Part shown: positions 24,949 to 32,974 of the stretch, one piece after another
How positions within the stretch are numbered: position 1 is the stretch's first letter
How the letters are laid out: each line of letters starts with the position of its first letter
Sequence record: MZ443771.1
DNA length: 64,000 nt
Strand: one strand, 5' to 3'
The notes under the pieces: generated by a model
Told to the model about the DNA's origin: nothing
The model's database searches: none
The model's input: the letters and a program-made list of their open reading frames with translations, nothing else
Made by a program: the position numbers and the translations under genes

Positions 24949-25752
24949 GTGGAAAAGAATCAGCATTACAATACGGCTATACCGTCGGATGATCAAGTAC
25001 GTCAGGTCTTAGACCAAGAGGACCGCATCTTCGTTGATGCTATGCGTGAGATTGAAAATGCGCGTCGTCGTAATCTGGATCGTCTGGCCGAGATGATTGC
25101 TTCTGATCCCAAGTTGAGAGCCAAGCTGGAAGCGACTCAGCGCAACAAGTTCCAACCAAAATTGGACCTGTCTTCGCTTGAGGAGATTGCTGCTAGGACG
25201 CATACTGGTCGTGTGAGATCTGATCGTAGTAATATCGAACATGTCTCACCTACGTTTCGTCACACGTCAGGCAAAACTCGCGGTGTCATTCAACGCGTAC
25301 CGTTTATGGCAGACAATATCCCGCGTGACGGTCATATCAAAGTTGACGTAGCTCCTGGGAAGCGTGTTCTGCAAACTGATATTCATCTTGGTGATGCCAA
25401 AACAGAGGATTTATCTATGGCAATGGTAGCTGCTGCCTACGGACTGAGTGGCGAACAGCTTGGCGTTATTCCTGCTGTATCTGGTGGCGGTCAGTCTGTA
25501 CCAGATCCGCGTCTGTCTTATATCGACGAAGCCCCTTTCGTTCCGAATCACATGGCGCAGCATTACCTACAGACCGCTAAAGGTCCTGTGTGTCCAGTAG
25601 GTCCTAGTCCTTCAGGCAGAGCGCTACGTGTTGAGAAACTGCAGGGCTGGTCTGCTACTCGCCGTGACCGCGCTGCCACTTCTGCGCCAGTGCGTAAGAA
25701 GCTCCGTGATCGTACACGCGCCCAGAAGCAAGCGCGCCGTAAACAACGCTGA
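24949..25752 (+). CDS. hypothetical protein with a basic C-terminus
   Basis: GTG 24949 after gagagg; ends RAQKQARRKQR. Confidence 0.65.
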   Translation: MEKNQHYNTAIPSDDQVRQVLDQEDRIFVDAMREIENARRRNLDRLAEMIASDPKLRAKLEATQRNKFQPKLDLSSLEEIAARTHTGRVRSDRSNIEHVSPTFRHTSGKTRGVIQRVPFMADNIPRDGHIKVDVAPGKRVLQTDIHLGDAKTEDLSMAMVAAAYGLSGEQLGVIPAVSGGGQSVPDPRLSYIDEAPFVPNHMAQHYLQTAKGPVCPVGPSPSGRALRVEKLQGWSATRRDRAATSAPVRKKLRDRTRAQKQARRKQR

Positions 25753-25762
25753 GGTAACAGCA

Positions 25763-26251
25763 ATGTCTGATTTTAATAAGTTCAAAGATGGTTTCCTTCG
25801 CTCGGTGGGTATCGACCCAAAGCGTCTTGACCTGCCGGAAGATCCTGAGGGTGCTGAAATCTTTAACAGCCTGAATGCGCAAGACCAGCGCAAAGTCAAA
25901 GTTGGTCTTGCGCTGCTGCATCTGAAAGTTCCTGATGAAGTTCGTTATGAGTTGCTGACGAACCATCTCGATGAAACCGAGCGTCTGGTATCTACCGCGT
26001 TTGAAGATCTGACTGCCTCGCTTGTGAACAAGCTGTCGCAAGCGGGTGATGCGGAAACCAAATCGACACTCGGTAGTGTTCGTCTGGCTATGCTGATGAA
26101 CATTCTGGGTTTTGATGACGCTACTCTCACTGGCGTCCTTACCGATCCAATTCTCGCTCGTCGCGCCAGCCTTGTTGCTGTGACGTGCATGAATGAGATG
26201 GGTCAGAAAATCCAACAAATGTACGACGAGAAAAGCAATGAGCCAACCTGA
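25763..26251 (+). CDS. hypothetical protein
   Basis: ATG 25763 after gagg. Confidence 0.7.
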   Translation: MSDFNKFKDGFLRSVGIDPKRLDLPEDPEGAEIFNSLNAQDQRKVKVGLALLHLKVPDEVRYELLTNHLDETERLVSTAFEDLTASLVNKLSQAGDAETKSTLGSVRLAMLMNILGFDDATLTGVLTDPILARRASLVAVTCMNEMGQKIQQMYDEKSNEPT

Positions 26252-26396
26252 AAATCCTTTAGCGAAATTCTTCGATGAATCTGCATCTATCCCGGGTCTG
26301 GACGAAGCCCAAGAGCGCGTTGAAACAATGCGTGATGGTGGCGGTGAAGTTGTAGAAGCATCTGATGAATGCGAAGGTGGCGGCTGCAAGATCTAA
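26238..26396 (+). CDS. 52-aa protein ending in an NrdA-like redox tail (DECEGGGCKI)
   Basis: The C-terminal decapeptide matches the E. coli NrdA C-terminus DGCESGACKI at 7/10 positions. Followed by a terminator. Confidence 0.65.
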   Translation: MSQPENPLAKFFDESASIPGLDEAQERVETMRDGGGEVVEASDECEGGGCKI

Positions 26397-26399
26397 CTC

Positions 26400-26422
26400 A
26401 TGGGGCCTAGTGCCCCATTTTT
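26400..26422 (+). terminator. Rho-independent terminator
   Basis: ATGGGGC-CTAGT-GCCCCAT followed by a T-run. Confidence 0.8.
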
Positions 26423-26434
26423 GTTTTGGGGAAC

Positions 26435-26965
26435 ATGATGCAAACAGCATATCGGTGTAAGCACTGTAAGTACGTCCACATTGGCAAAGTCAGTAGCTGT
26501 GACTGTCAAGGCAGCAAGCGATTCGAATACACGTTGGTGCAAATCATCGACGTGCCAGAAGCTGAGGAGCAGATTCCTCAGTTCAAAGATCTCAAACACT
26601 CTCGTGCCCAGCGTTACGTGAACGTGAAAGACGGTACGTATGGCAACGGCATTTACGAGCTGCGCGAGAAGCGTGAGGGTGAGCGTTACTGGTGGACGCA
26701 TCTAGGCACGATGCAGAGCGGGCTTGATAGCACTGATGCCAGCTACAAAATGTGCGAAGACAACCGCAAGGCAAATGTTGTTCTGGCTGCTGCCGGGCCT
26801 GTTATGCTCGAAGCGCTCTACATGTGCTATCAGTATTTCAATCTCAAACGTGAGGTGCAAGGCAGTTCAATCAAGAACGATAGCCGTATCTCAATCATCG
26901 CAGACGCTATTCGTCAGGGCACGGACTTGTCTGTGTTTGACACACTTCAACATCCAAAGGAGTAA
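26435..26965 (+). CDS. hypothetical protein with an N-terminal Cys cluster
   Basis: CKHC...CDC motif. Confidence 0.65.
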   Translation: MMQTAYRCKHCKYVHIGKVSSCDCQGSKRFEYTLVQIIDVPEAEEQIPQFKDLKHSRAQRYVNVKDGTYGNGIYELREKREGERYWWTHLGTMQSGLDSTDASYKMCEDNRKANVVLAAAGPVMLEALYMCYQYFNLKREVQGSSIKNDSRISIIADAIRQGTDLSVFDTLQHPKE

Positions 26966-26967
26966 CA

Positions 26968-27564
26968 ATGACAACGCGAGCGAAAAACATGCTGGACGAA
27001 ATACGCATGAAACTTAGTAAGTGCCGACATGAGTACCGCAGACAAGAAGCTGCTGATCGTGTGCTCAAGCACGATGCAATACGCGGCGGTCAGGTGTGGA
27101 CAAACATCAAAAACAATGCGCCATACCAAGTGTTGTTCCTGACTAACCTGTACAACGACGGTCACATTCAGGTTGTGTATTCTCAGCATTGGGCATACAT
27201 CTACTCCATGCCTGTTGAAGACTTCTTCGAACAGTTCACACAAAATCTGAACATCGACAACACCTTGGCCAGTGCGCACGATGACCTGATGGCTATGGCG
27301 ACCAACATGCGTGGGAGCACTCGCTTACGCTTACCGCAAGAAGGTGAACGCTGGACGCGTGTTGACCGCATACCAGACGGCTTCGATGAAAATCGTATGC
27401 CTGTATACCGCCCGCAGTCTGTTACCGTTGTGGTTGAAGGCATCGTCGAGCAAAGTCCTGCGCATCCATTCGTTCTGTTTAAAGAAGGCGGCGAGCGCAA
27501 GGTCCTGAACATGTATATGTTCCTAAACTTCTACAGCCCTGAAGGTGAAAACAATGTTGCTTGA
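26968..27564 (+). CDS. protein with two DUF1653-like beta-barrel domains
   Basis: GQVWTN...YQVLFL...VVYS...SMPVEDF, plus LPQEGERW...HPFVLF. Confidence 0.6.
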   Translation: MTTRAKNMLDEIRMKLSKCRHEYRRQEAADRVLKHDAIRGGQVWTNIKNNAPYQVLFLTNLYNDGHIQVVYSQHWAYIYSMPVEDFFEQFTQNLNIDNTLASAHDDLMAMATNMRGSTRLRLPQEGERWTRVDRIPDGFDENRMPVYRPQSVTVVVEGIVEQSPAHPFVLFKEGGERKVLNMYMFLNFYSPEGENNVA

Positions 27565-28189
27565 TGCGCTAAAGGCACTGCCGTTGCTTGTACTGTGTTA
27601 TATCGCGTGGAACTGGTTGATTGCTCGTCGTGACCGTGACCGTCAACTTATCAAAGCGCAAGAGCATTATGATCGCGGTCACCTTGATCGCGGTAACGTC
27701 TGGATTCATTTAAAGACAGGTCGTCCGTATACCGTTCTCGGTCTGACTAATACTGGCACGTCGAAAGCTGGCTGGGAAATCAACGTCATCTATACGAATG
27801 ACTTCAAGCAGATCTATAACAGGCCGTTCAGTGAGTTCTGCCATAAGTTCACGCACGTTAGTCGCGGTTCTAATGAAGAACACTTCACTTTGACGCTGAT
27901 GGGTTTGCAGATGGAAGCTAACACTCGTCTTCTTATTCCACAAGAAGGTGAGATTTGGTTTGAGGGCACCATACACGCGACACCTCCAGAGCTGGTGGAA
28001 CGTGGCCACGCACCGCAAGTAGTCAGTCAACGCCGTGCGCATATCGACATGGTGCTTGGTGTAGGTGAAGCCCACCCAGTAGTCGTGTATACTGTAAATG
28101 ACAAGCAGACAGCAATGCTGCTCTCGCAGTTCATTTTCATCTATCGCAAAGAGGTGTCCTTCGATGGAACAACCAGCTCTTGTGTTTAA
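27554..28189 (+). CDS. paralog of the previous gene with an N-terminal TM anchor
   Basis: LPLLVLCYIAWNWLI; GNVWIH...YTVLGL...VIYT...NRPFSEF; IPQEGEIW...HPVVVY. Confidence 0.65.
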   Translation: MLLDALKALPLLVLCYIAWNWLIARRDRDRQLIKAQEHYDRGHLDRGNVWIHLKTGRPYTVLGLTNTGTSKAGWEINVIYTNDFKQIYNRPFSEFCHKFTHVSRGSNEEHFTLTLMGLQMEANTRLLIPQEGEIWFEGTIHATPPELVERGHAPQVVSQRRAHIDMVLGVGEAHPVVVYTVNDKQTAMLLSQFIFIYRKEVSFDGTTSSCV

Positions 28190-28511
28190 ATACGTGATGT
28201 TCGTTCGTACTCGTAACAAAGAGCGTACGGACGGCGTTCACCTGCCAGTGATCTTCCCTACCCATATCATGCACTCTGATATGGGCGATGTGATGCGCGG
28301 TTACGGTATGCAGAATGGCTATCGTGACAACTACTACCACCAGCGTGTCGAACCAATCTCTGCTGGCTTCATTAACTTGCGGACGCTTCAATGCTTTGGT
28401 GAGTCTGAATCTCTGGAACTCAAATCACGTCCAGAAGACAGTCAGATAATTGCCGAGTACATGAAGACTCAGGGCAAGGGTGCAGAAGCTCCACCGGAGG
28501 AAGACGAGTGA
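28164..28511 (+). CDS. conserved phage hypothetical protein
   Basis: KYVM...PVIFP..IMHSD...SAGF...CFGESESL pattern. Confidence 0.65.
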   Translation: MEQPALVFKYVMFVRTRNKERTDGVHLPVIFPTHIMHSDMGDVMRGYGMQNGYRDNYYHQRVEPISAGFINLRTLQCFGESESLELKSRPEDSQIIAEYMKTQGKGAEAPPEEDE

Positions 28512-28849
28512 TGGAAACGCTCTTAGCATTTTGGAACAGCCCGTTCTGGAGCAGCCCTGCATCTGCGTTCGTCGTACCTGTTGTGGTAATCAGCTACTTC
28601 ATCTTCACCGAATGGCGTGAGCGCCGCATCTTCCGTATGTCACGCAAAGCATTCGCAGACGGCTGGGACCCGAAGAAGAATACGCGCTTTCGTCATAAGT
28701 GGTTTCCATTTTTGACGTGTCGCGTTGACTTCTATTCAAACAGTCCAAATGACGCGTTCGTGCCGACTGTATTCGTTCAACGAAATAGCGGGCGTTATGT
28801 GGAAATACCCGCTGGAATCCTACGCTATCGCTGGAAAGAAATCCAATGA
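28511..28849 (+). CDS. membrane-anchored hypothetical protein
   Basis: Hydrophobic segment AFVVPVVVISYFIF. Confidence 0.65.
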   Translation: METLLAFWNSPFWSSPASAFVVPVVVISYFIFTEWRERRIFRMSRKAFADGWDPKKNTRFRHKWFPFLTCRVDFYSNSPNDAFVPTVFVQRNSGRYVEIPAGILRYRWKEIQ

Positions 28850-29187
28850 CTACACCAGTAATTCGCTTTGACGAACAGACACGTCAACTGCTGGCAAAGA
28901 TCTTCGGCATACATAAGCCGTTCTTTGTTGTGCGTCGTGATACGATCATCTCAGGTGGTGACTTGGGCTTTCGTGTGTATCTGTCGAATGGCACCAACAC
29001 TGTTACCGTTCCTCGCGTTAAAGGCCTTGACTTGGGCGACAAGCTCTATCTTGGTGATGACGAGGAAGTTTATGAGTGGCATCCTCATATAGGCTGCACG
29101 TATATGGCCATTGGCGATAATCAGCCAGAAGCACTCGCATTTGGTCTTCATCCAATCGTTTTTCACAAAGACAGTCGGAACTCTTAA
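28846..29187 (+). CDS. hypothetical protein
   Basis: ATGA overlap with the previous gene. Confidence 0.65.
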   Translation: MTTPVIRFDEQTRQLLAKIFGIHKPFFVVRRDTIISGGDLGFRVYLSNGTNTVTVPRVKGLDLGDKLYLGDDEEVYEWHPHIGCTYMAIGDNQPEALAFGLHPIVFHKDSRNS

Positions 29188-30290
29188 TGGCAAAGCAAAC
29201 TCTTGATCTACGCGATCCTAATCAGTACGAACTCTATTCCCTGCATTGTGTTGACGAGCAATACATCAATCTGGGCAACGCTATCATCTCTCAGGGTACT
29301 GATGAGTCAGACCCAGGCCGTACAGAAGATACGTGGCGCACCATTATCGGCTGTGGCTTCCAGTTGTCAAACACGCTGATCGCTTTCCCTGCGTTAGTCA
29401 GTGCTCGTAAGAACTGGCTGGCAGCAGTCGATGAGATGTGCTGGATGTCTCGCGGCGAAACGAATATCAGCTCGCTCAATTCCAAAATCTGGAATGAGTG
29501 GGCAGATGAAGACGGCGAGTGCGGCCCTATCTACGGTCTGATGTGGCGCATGTGGCCTGATATCAAAACGTTCCCGACTATTGAGTCGATGAAAGAGCGT
29601 CAGATCAGCGATGCAGAAATCGAGCGCATCTCGAAAGAGATCAATCGCATGAAAGCTGCCGGGTACACTGAAACGCAAATGGCTGACGGTCGTGTGTGCT
29701 ACGAAGGTACAGTTGACCAGTTCGCTGATGCGCTGCGTCAGGTAATGGCCCGCAGTCGTTCTCGTCGTATTCGCGTTCAGGCGTACAACCCGTCCTATCT
29801 GCACATGCAGGGTCTGCCTCCGTGCCACACCGAGTTCGAGTTCAACGTAACCAAGCCGACGCTGTATGAAATCGCTCAGATGGAAGCGCGTCAAATGGCA
29901 CCGGCCGAAGATTCGTTGCACATCGTTGTGACCATGAGATCGAACGATGTGCTCTTGGGCAGGCCATTTAACATCATCGGCTACAGCGCCATGCACCAGA
30001 TGATTGCCAAGTGGGCTGGCTTGAACGTCGGTAGCTTTACGCTCAACACTACCAACACGCACCTGTACACGCATCACTTTGAAGCGTTTGAAAAGCAGCG
30101 TGAGCAGTGGGCAGTTCTCGCAGACAACATGAAGCGCACTGGCGAACCTGTTGTCTATCCTATGCTGGAAATCAGCGACGACATTCTCGGTCTGACGCCG
30201 GAAGAGTTGCTGGACAACGCGAACGCAGAGTGGTTCCAGCTTCTCGATTACGCACCATCACCAGCGGTCAAAGGACGTGTGACGAAATGA
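29187..30290 (+). CDS. thyA: thymidylate synthase (ThyA type)
   Basis: EMCWMSRG, IWNEWA, GPIYG..WR, SRRI, LPPCH, RSND..LGRPFN (Asn, dUMP-specific) and HLY. Confidence 0.93.
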   Translation: MAKQTLDLRDPNQYELYSLHCVDEQYINLGNAIISQGTDESDPGRTEDTWRTIIGCGFQLSNTLIAFPALVSARKNWLAAVDEMCWMSRGETNISSLNSKIWNEWADEDGECGPIYGLMWRMWPDIKTFPTIESMKERQISDAEIERISKEINRMKAAGYTETQMADGRVCYEGTVDQFADALRQVMARSRSRRIRVQAYNPSYLHMQGLPPCHTEFEFNVTKPTLYEIAQMEARQMAPAEDSLHIVVTMRSNDVLLGRPFNIIGYSAMHQMIAKWAGLNVGSFTLNTTNTHLYTHHFEAFEKQREQWAVLADNMKRTGEPVVYPMLEISDDILGLTPEELLDNANAEWFQLLDYAPSPAVKGRVTK

Positions 30291-30949
30291 TTGACAATAA
30301 CTTCCTGCTGATTAAACGTATCAGCGCTTTCCTGTACCTTGGTTATGCAGAGAAAGAGCTGTACATCCCGCGCCGTGGCGTAGAAACGTTTGACGTGCTT
30401 ATCCCTAATCCTAAAGGTCTGGCCGAAGAAGGTCCTATCCTGACGATGCGAGCACGTTGCATCTATCATCTGCCGCACAACTGCTTCCTGATTCAACGTG
30501 TCGATGACGGTCGCTCTGGTTCGTATGAGCACCCATCATTGATGAAGTCGCACTGCCAGAAAAACGAAGGCGTGTTCCAGAGGTCAGAGCACGGTCGTGA
30601 GCAGTCTGCCGTTAACCTGATACTGAACGAACTGCGCGATGCAGAAACTGATCATCCTACGTGGCCGGAAGAATGTATTCACGCTGCATCCATCGTTGTT
30701 GAAGAAGCGGGTGAGTTGCTTCGTGACTGCGCTACGTTTGAAGAAAACGGCGATATGCGTCTGATTGAAAACATGGGGATTGAAGCTGTGCAGACAGGCG
30801 CAATGGCAGTTCGTTTCCTCAAGAATCTGCCGCGCAGCCAGAAGCGCACAATCCCACACAATGCCCTGCGTTCTATTCTCGATTCCGGGATGACACAGGA
30901 ACAGCAACTGATTGAGTTGCGCCGCCTTGTAGAAAATGGAGTAAGCTAA
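30287..30949 (+). CDS. protein with a C-terminal MazG-like NTP pyrophosphohydrolase domain
   Basis: HAASIVVEEAGEL...EAVQTGAMAVRFL. Start reassigned to ATG 30287. Confidence 0.6.
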   Translation: MIDNNFLLIKRISAFLYLGYAEKELYIPRRGVETFDVLIPNPKGLAEEGPILTMRARCIYHLPHNCFLIQRVDDGRSGSYEHPSLMKSHCQKNEGVFQRSEHGREQSAVNLILNELRDAETDHPTWPEECIHAASIVVEEAGELLRDCATFEENGDMRLIENMGIEAVQTGAMAVRFLKNLPRSQKRTIPHNALRSILDSGMTQEQQLIELRRLVENGVS

Positions 30950-31839
30950 TGAAGCTATTAGGCTATGCTGCTTGTGGCGGCACACCCTTTCGTATTCTGC
31001 GTGTGCAGGACTATGGTAAGCTGACTGACGGTACGCACGAACGTCTTGACCTGTTCGGTTGTATCTTCACTAACGTAGACGTGTCGCACGACATTGATAC
31101 GAATCTGGCGTATCTGTCTTTACCCACAGCTAATGACTGGCGTGTTAATCTGACCAATCCAATGTTCACCAAAGAGTACATGGACTGGTTCAACGGTTAC
31201 TCACCTACAATCGAAGTCATGCTTGACGCACACAAGCTGAAAGCACTCCTGCCTAACATCACGCAAGAGTTTGACCAGTTCGTTGACTGGCTGAAAGTGC
31301 AGATAGCGAAGATGCCGACGCTTGAAGTCTCGTTTAAGAACGACACTCTTACGGCGGTTGCGACCGGTAATAAGTACGACATTTGGATGCTGTACAAACA
31401 CTACCTGATGGTTGACGGCAATCTGATTGTGACACGCAATCCTGAAGGTGATGTTATCTTCCACGATGCTCACATCTCTGAAAAAGGTACCAAGCATTGG
31501 TTGCTTGAGCACAACAAAGAGATGATGCGCCTCGCAGCAGAAAATGATCTGCTAGCTGCATACATCACTTTCGGTGCGGTGCGCGGACACCCTCAGTATC
31601 AGTACACGTTTGTAACGCGTGAAGGTGACTACATGCACCGGCCAGTAGATGAAGCAGAGTTCACGCACATCGCTATTCGCGGTCAAATGCCTGTCGTGTT
31701 GTTTAAAGATGAGGGCGCTAACCTGAATCTTACTGTCAACATCGATCAGCACTTCCCGCAGAAGTATCTCGACTTCACGCGTACTGCGCATCCAGTCATC
31801 GGCTACAACCATGCACTGAACCTGATTCGCTTCATCTGA
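30949..31839 (+). CDS. hypothetical protein
   Basis: 296-aa ORF; TAATG overlap. Confidence 0.75.
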   Translation: MKLLGYAACGGTPFRILRVQDYGKLTDGTHERLDLFGCIFTNVDVSHDIDTNLAYLSLPTANDWRVNLTNPMFTKEYMDWFNGYSPTIEVMLDAHKLKALLPNITQEFDQFVDWLKVQIAKMPTLEVSFKNDTLTAVATGNKYDIWMLYKHYLMVDGNLIVTRNPEGDVIFHDAHISEKGTKHWLLEHNKEMMRLAAENDLLAAYITFGAVRGHPQYQYTFVTREGDYMHRPVDEAEFTHIAIRGQMPVVLFKDEGANLNLTVNIDQHFPQKYLDFTRTAHPVIGYNHALNLIRFI

Positions 31840-31848
31840 CCGGCTGCC

Positions 31849-31884
31849 GTCTCCTGTCAGTAATTTAACTTTCTAACAGGAGAC
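31849..31884 (+). promoter_or_regulatory. RBS-sequestering hairpin with motif B (GTAATTTA) in its loop
   Basis: GTCTCCTGT (31849-31857) pairs perfectly with ACAGGAGAC (31876-31884), which contains the SD of ATG 31890. Confidence 0.7.
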
Positions 31885-31889
31885 TTGCC

Positions 31890-32225
31890 ATGAAATACGA
31901 TCCGAAGAAAGACTACAAACCATTTCAGTATCTGGGTGCGCCTAAAGCTCCAACGAGCGGGTACTTAGGCAGTACAGTGTATGTCGTAGAGAACGATGTT
32001 AACATCGGAAGTGATGAATGCGAGTTCGTATTCACTGTAGCTCAGATGAATGAGATGGATAGAGGTACTGTTACGTTCCGTGCTAAAGACTCGGGCGGAG
32101 GTATCACGATAAAGAAATGCTCGGTCTCAGGTCTGAAAATGGTAATTAAGCTGGACAGACGCGTCATACAGTTTGGCAAAGTTCAGGTCGAATGGCAGAC
32201 AACGCCCCGACATTATTACTACTGA
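31890..32225 (+). CDS. hypothetical protein, probably late-expressed
   Basis: SD aggag lies inside the hairpin. Confidence 0.7.
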   Translation: MKYDPKKDYKPFQYLGAPKAPTSGYLGSTVYVVENDVNIGSDECEFVFTVAQMNEMDRGTVTFRAKDSGGGITIKKCSVSGLKMVIKLDRRVIQFGKVQVEWQTTPRHYYY

Positions 32226-32236
32226 ATCTGTAAAGA
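32225..32236 (+). promoter_or_regulatory. motif A variant (AATCTGTAAAGA)
   Basis: About 33 nt before ATG 32269, upstream of the ParB-like/C5-transferase pair. Confidence 0.5.
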
Positions 32237-32268
32237 CAGAGAAAGAGCAACCGATAAGAGATACGATA

Positions 32269-32973
32269 ATGGCAAAAACTGCTACCAAAACAAAGGACGG
32301 AAAAAAGAAAGGCGAGTTGAAGTTTGATCTGAAAAAACTCAATTCAGTCTCTCAGCTCAAGGGCGCAGAGTACAACCCGCGCTTCATTACTGACAGTCGC
32401 TTGAAAGCTCTCGAAGGTTCTCTCGGGAGTTTCGGTGATCTGTCTGGTATCGTGTTCAACAACAACATCAAGTCTGGTGTGTTGATCTCAGGCCACCAGC
32501 GTCTGAAATCAATCGACGGTTGGAAAACTCGCATCGAGATTCAGCCGACGACTGACAAGCACGGTACTATCGGTCTGGGCTACATTCATGCAACGCATCC
32601 GAAGAAAGCTGATCGTGTTATCAGCATTCCTCTGCGTGTCGTGAACTGGACTGATAAGAAAGCTGAGTACGCAGCGAACATCGCAGCGAACGCCCACGGC
32701 GGTGAGTTCGATAACAAGAAGCTCGCCAAGCTGGTTGAGAAACTCGATCTGAATACGATCAAGCCTCAGCTGCTGGGTCTCGACCCGCTTGAGATTCGTG
32801 GTCTGCAAGCCAAGATCAAGATTCAGGCGAACGTCGAAGATACGAAACGTGCTGGCAAGACTACTGGCCAGATGAACGGCAGCACCGGTAAGTTTAATGA
32901 GTACAACCCTGATGATGTGGGTGACACTCTGAACTGCACCTGCCCGCGTTGTGGATTTAAGTTCGAGGGATAA
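32269..32973 (+). CDS. ParB/Srx-like N-terminal domain protein with a C-terminal Zn ribbon
   Basis: YNPRFI...LEGSL..FG.L..IV, LISGHQRL, and C-terminal CTCPRCGFKF. Confidence 0.75.
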   Translation: MAKTATKTKDGKKKGELKFDLKKLNSVSQLKGAEYNPRFITDSRLKALEGSLGSFGDLSGIVFNNNIKSGVLISGHQRLKSIDGWKTRIEIQPTTDKHGTIGLGYIHATHPKKADRVISIPLRVVNWTDKKAEYAANIAANAHGGEFDNKKLAKLVEKLDLNTIKPQLLGLDPLEIRGLQAKIKIQANVEDTKRAGKTTGQMNGSTGKFNEYNPDDVGDTLNCTCPRCGFKFEG

Positions 32974-32974
32974 T

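Noticed and set aside
29187-30290. ThyA homolog as a dCMP hydroxymethylase or other pre-replicative base-modifying enzyme
   Set aside because: It retains Asn in LGRPFN, the dUMP-specificity residue; dCMP hydroxymethylases have Asp there. It reads as an ordinary thymidylate synthase.
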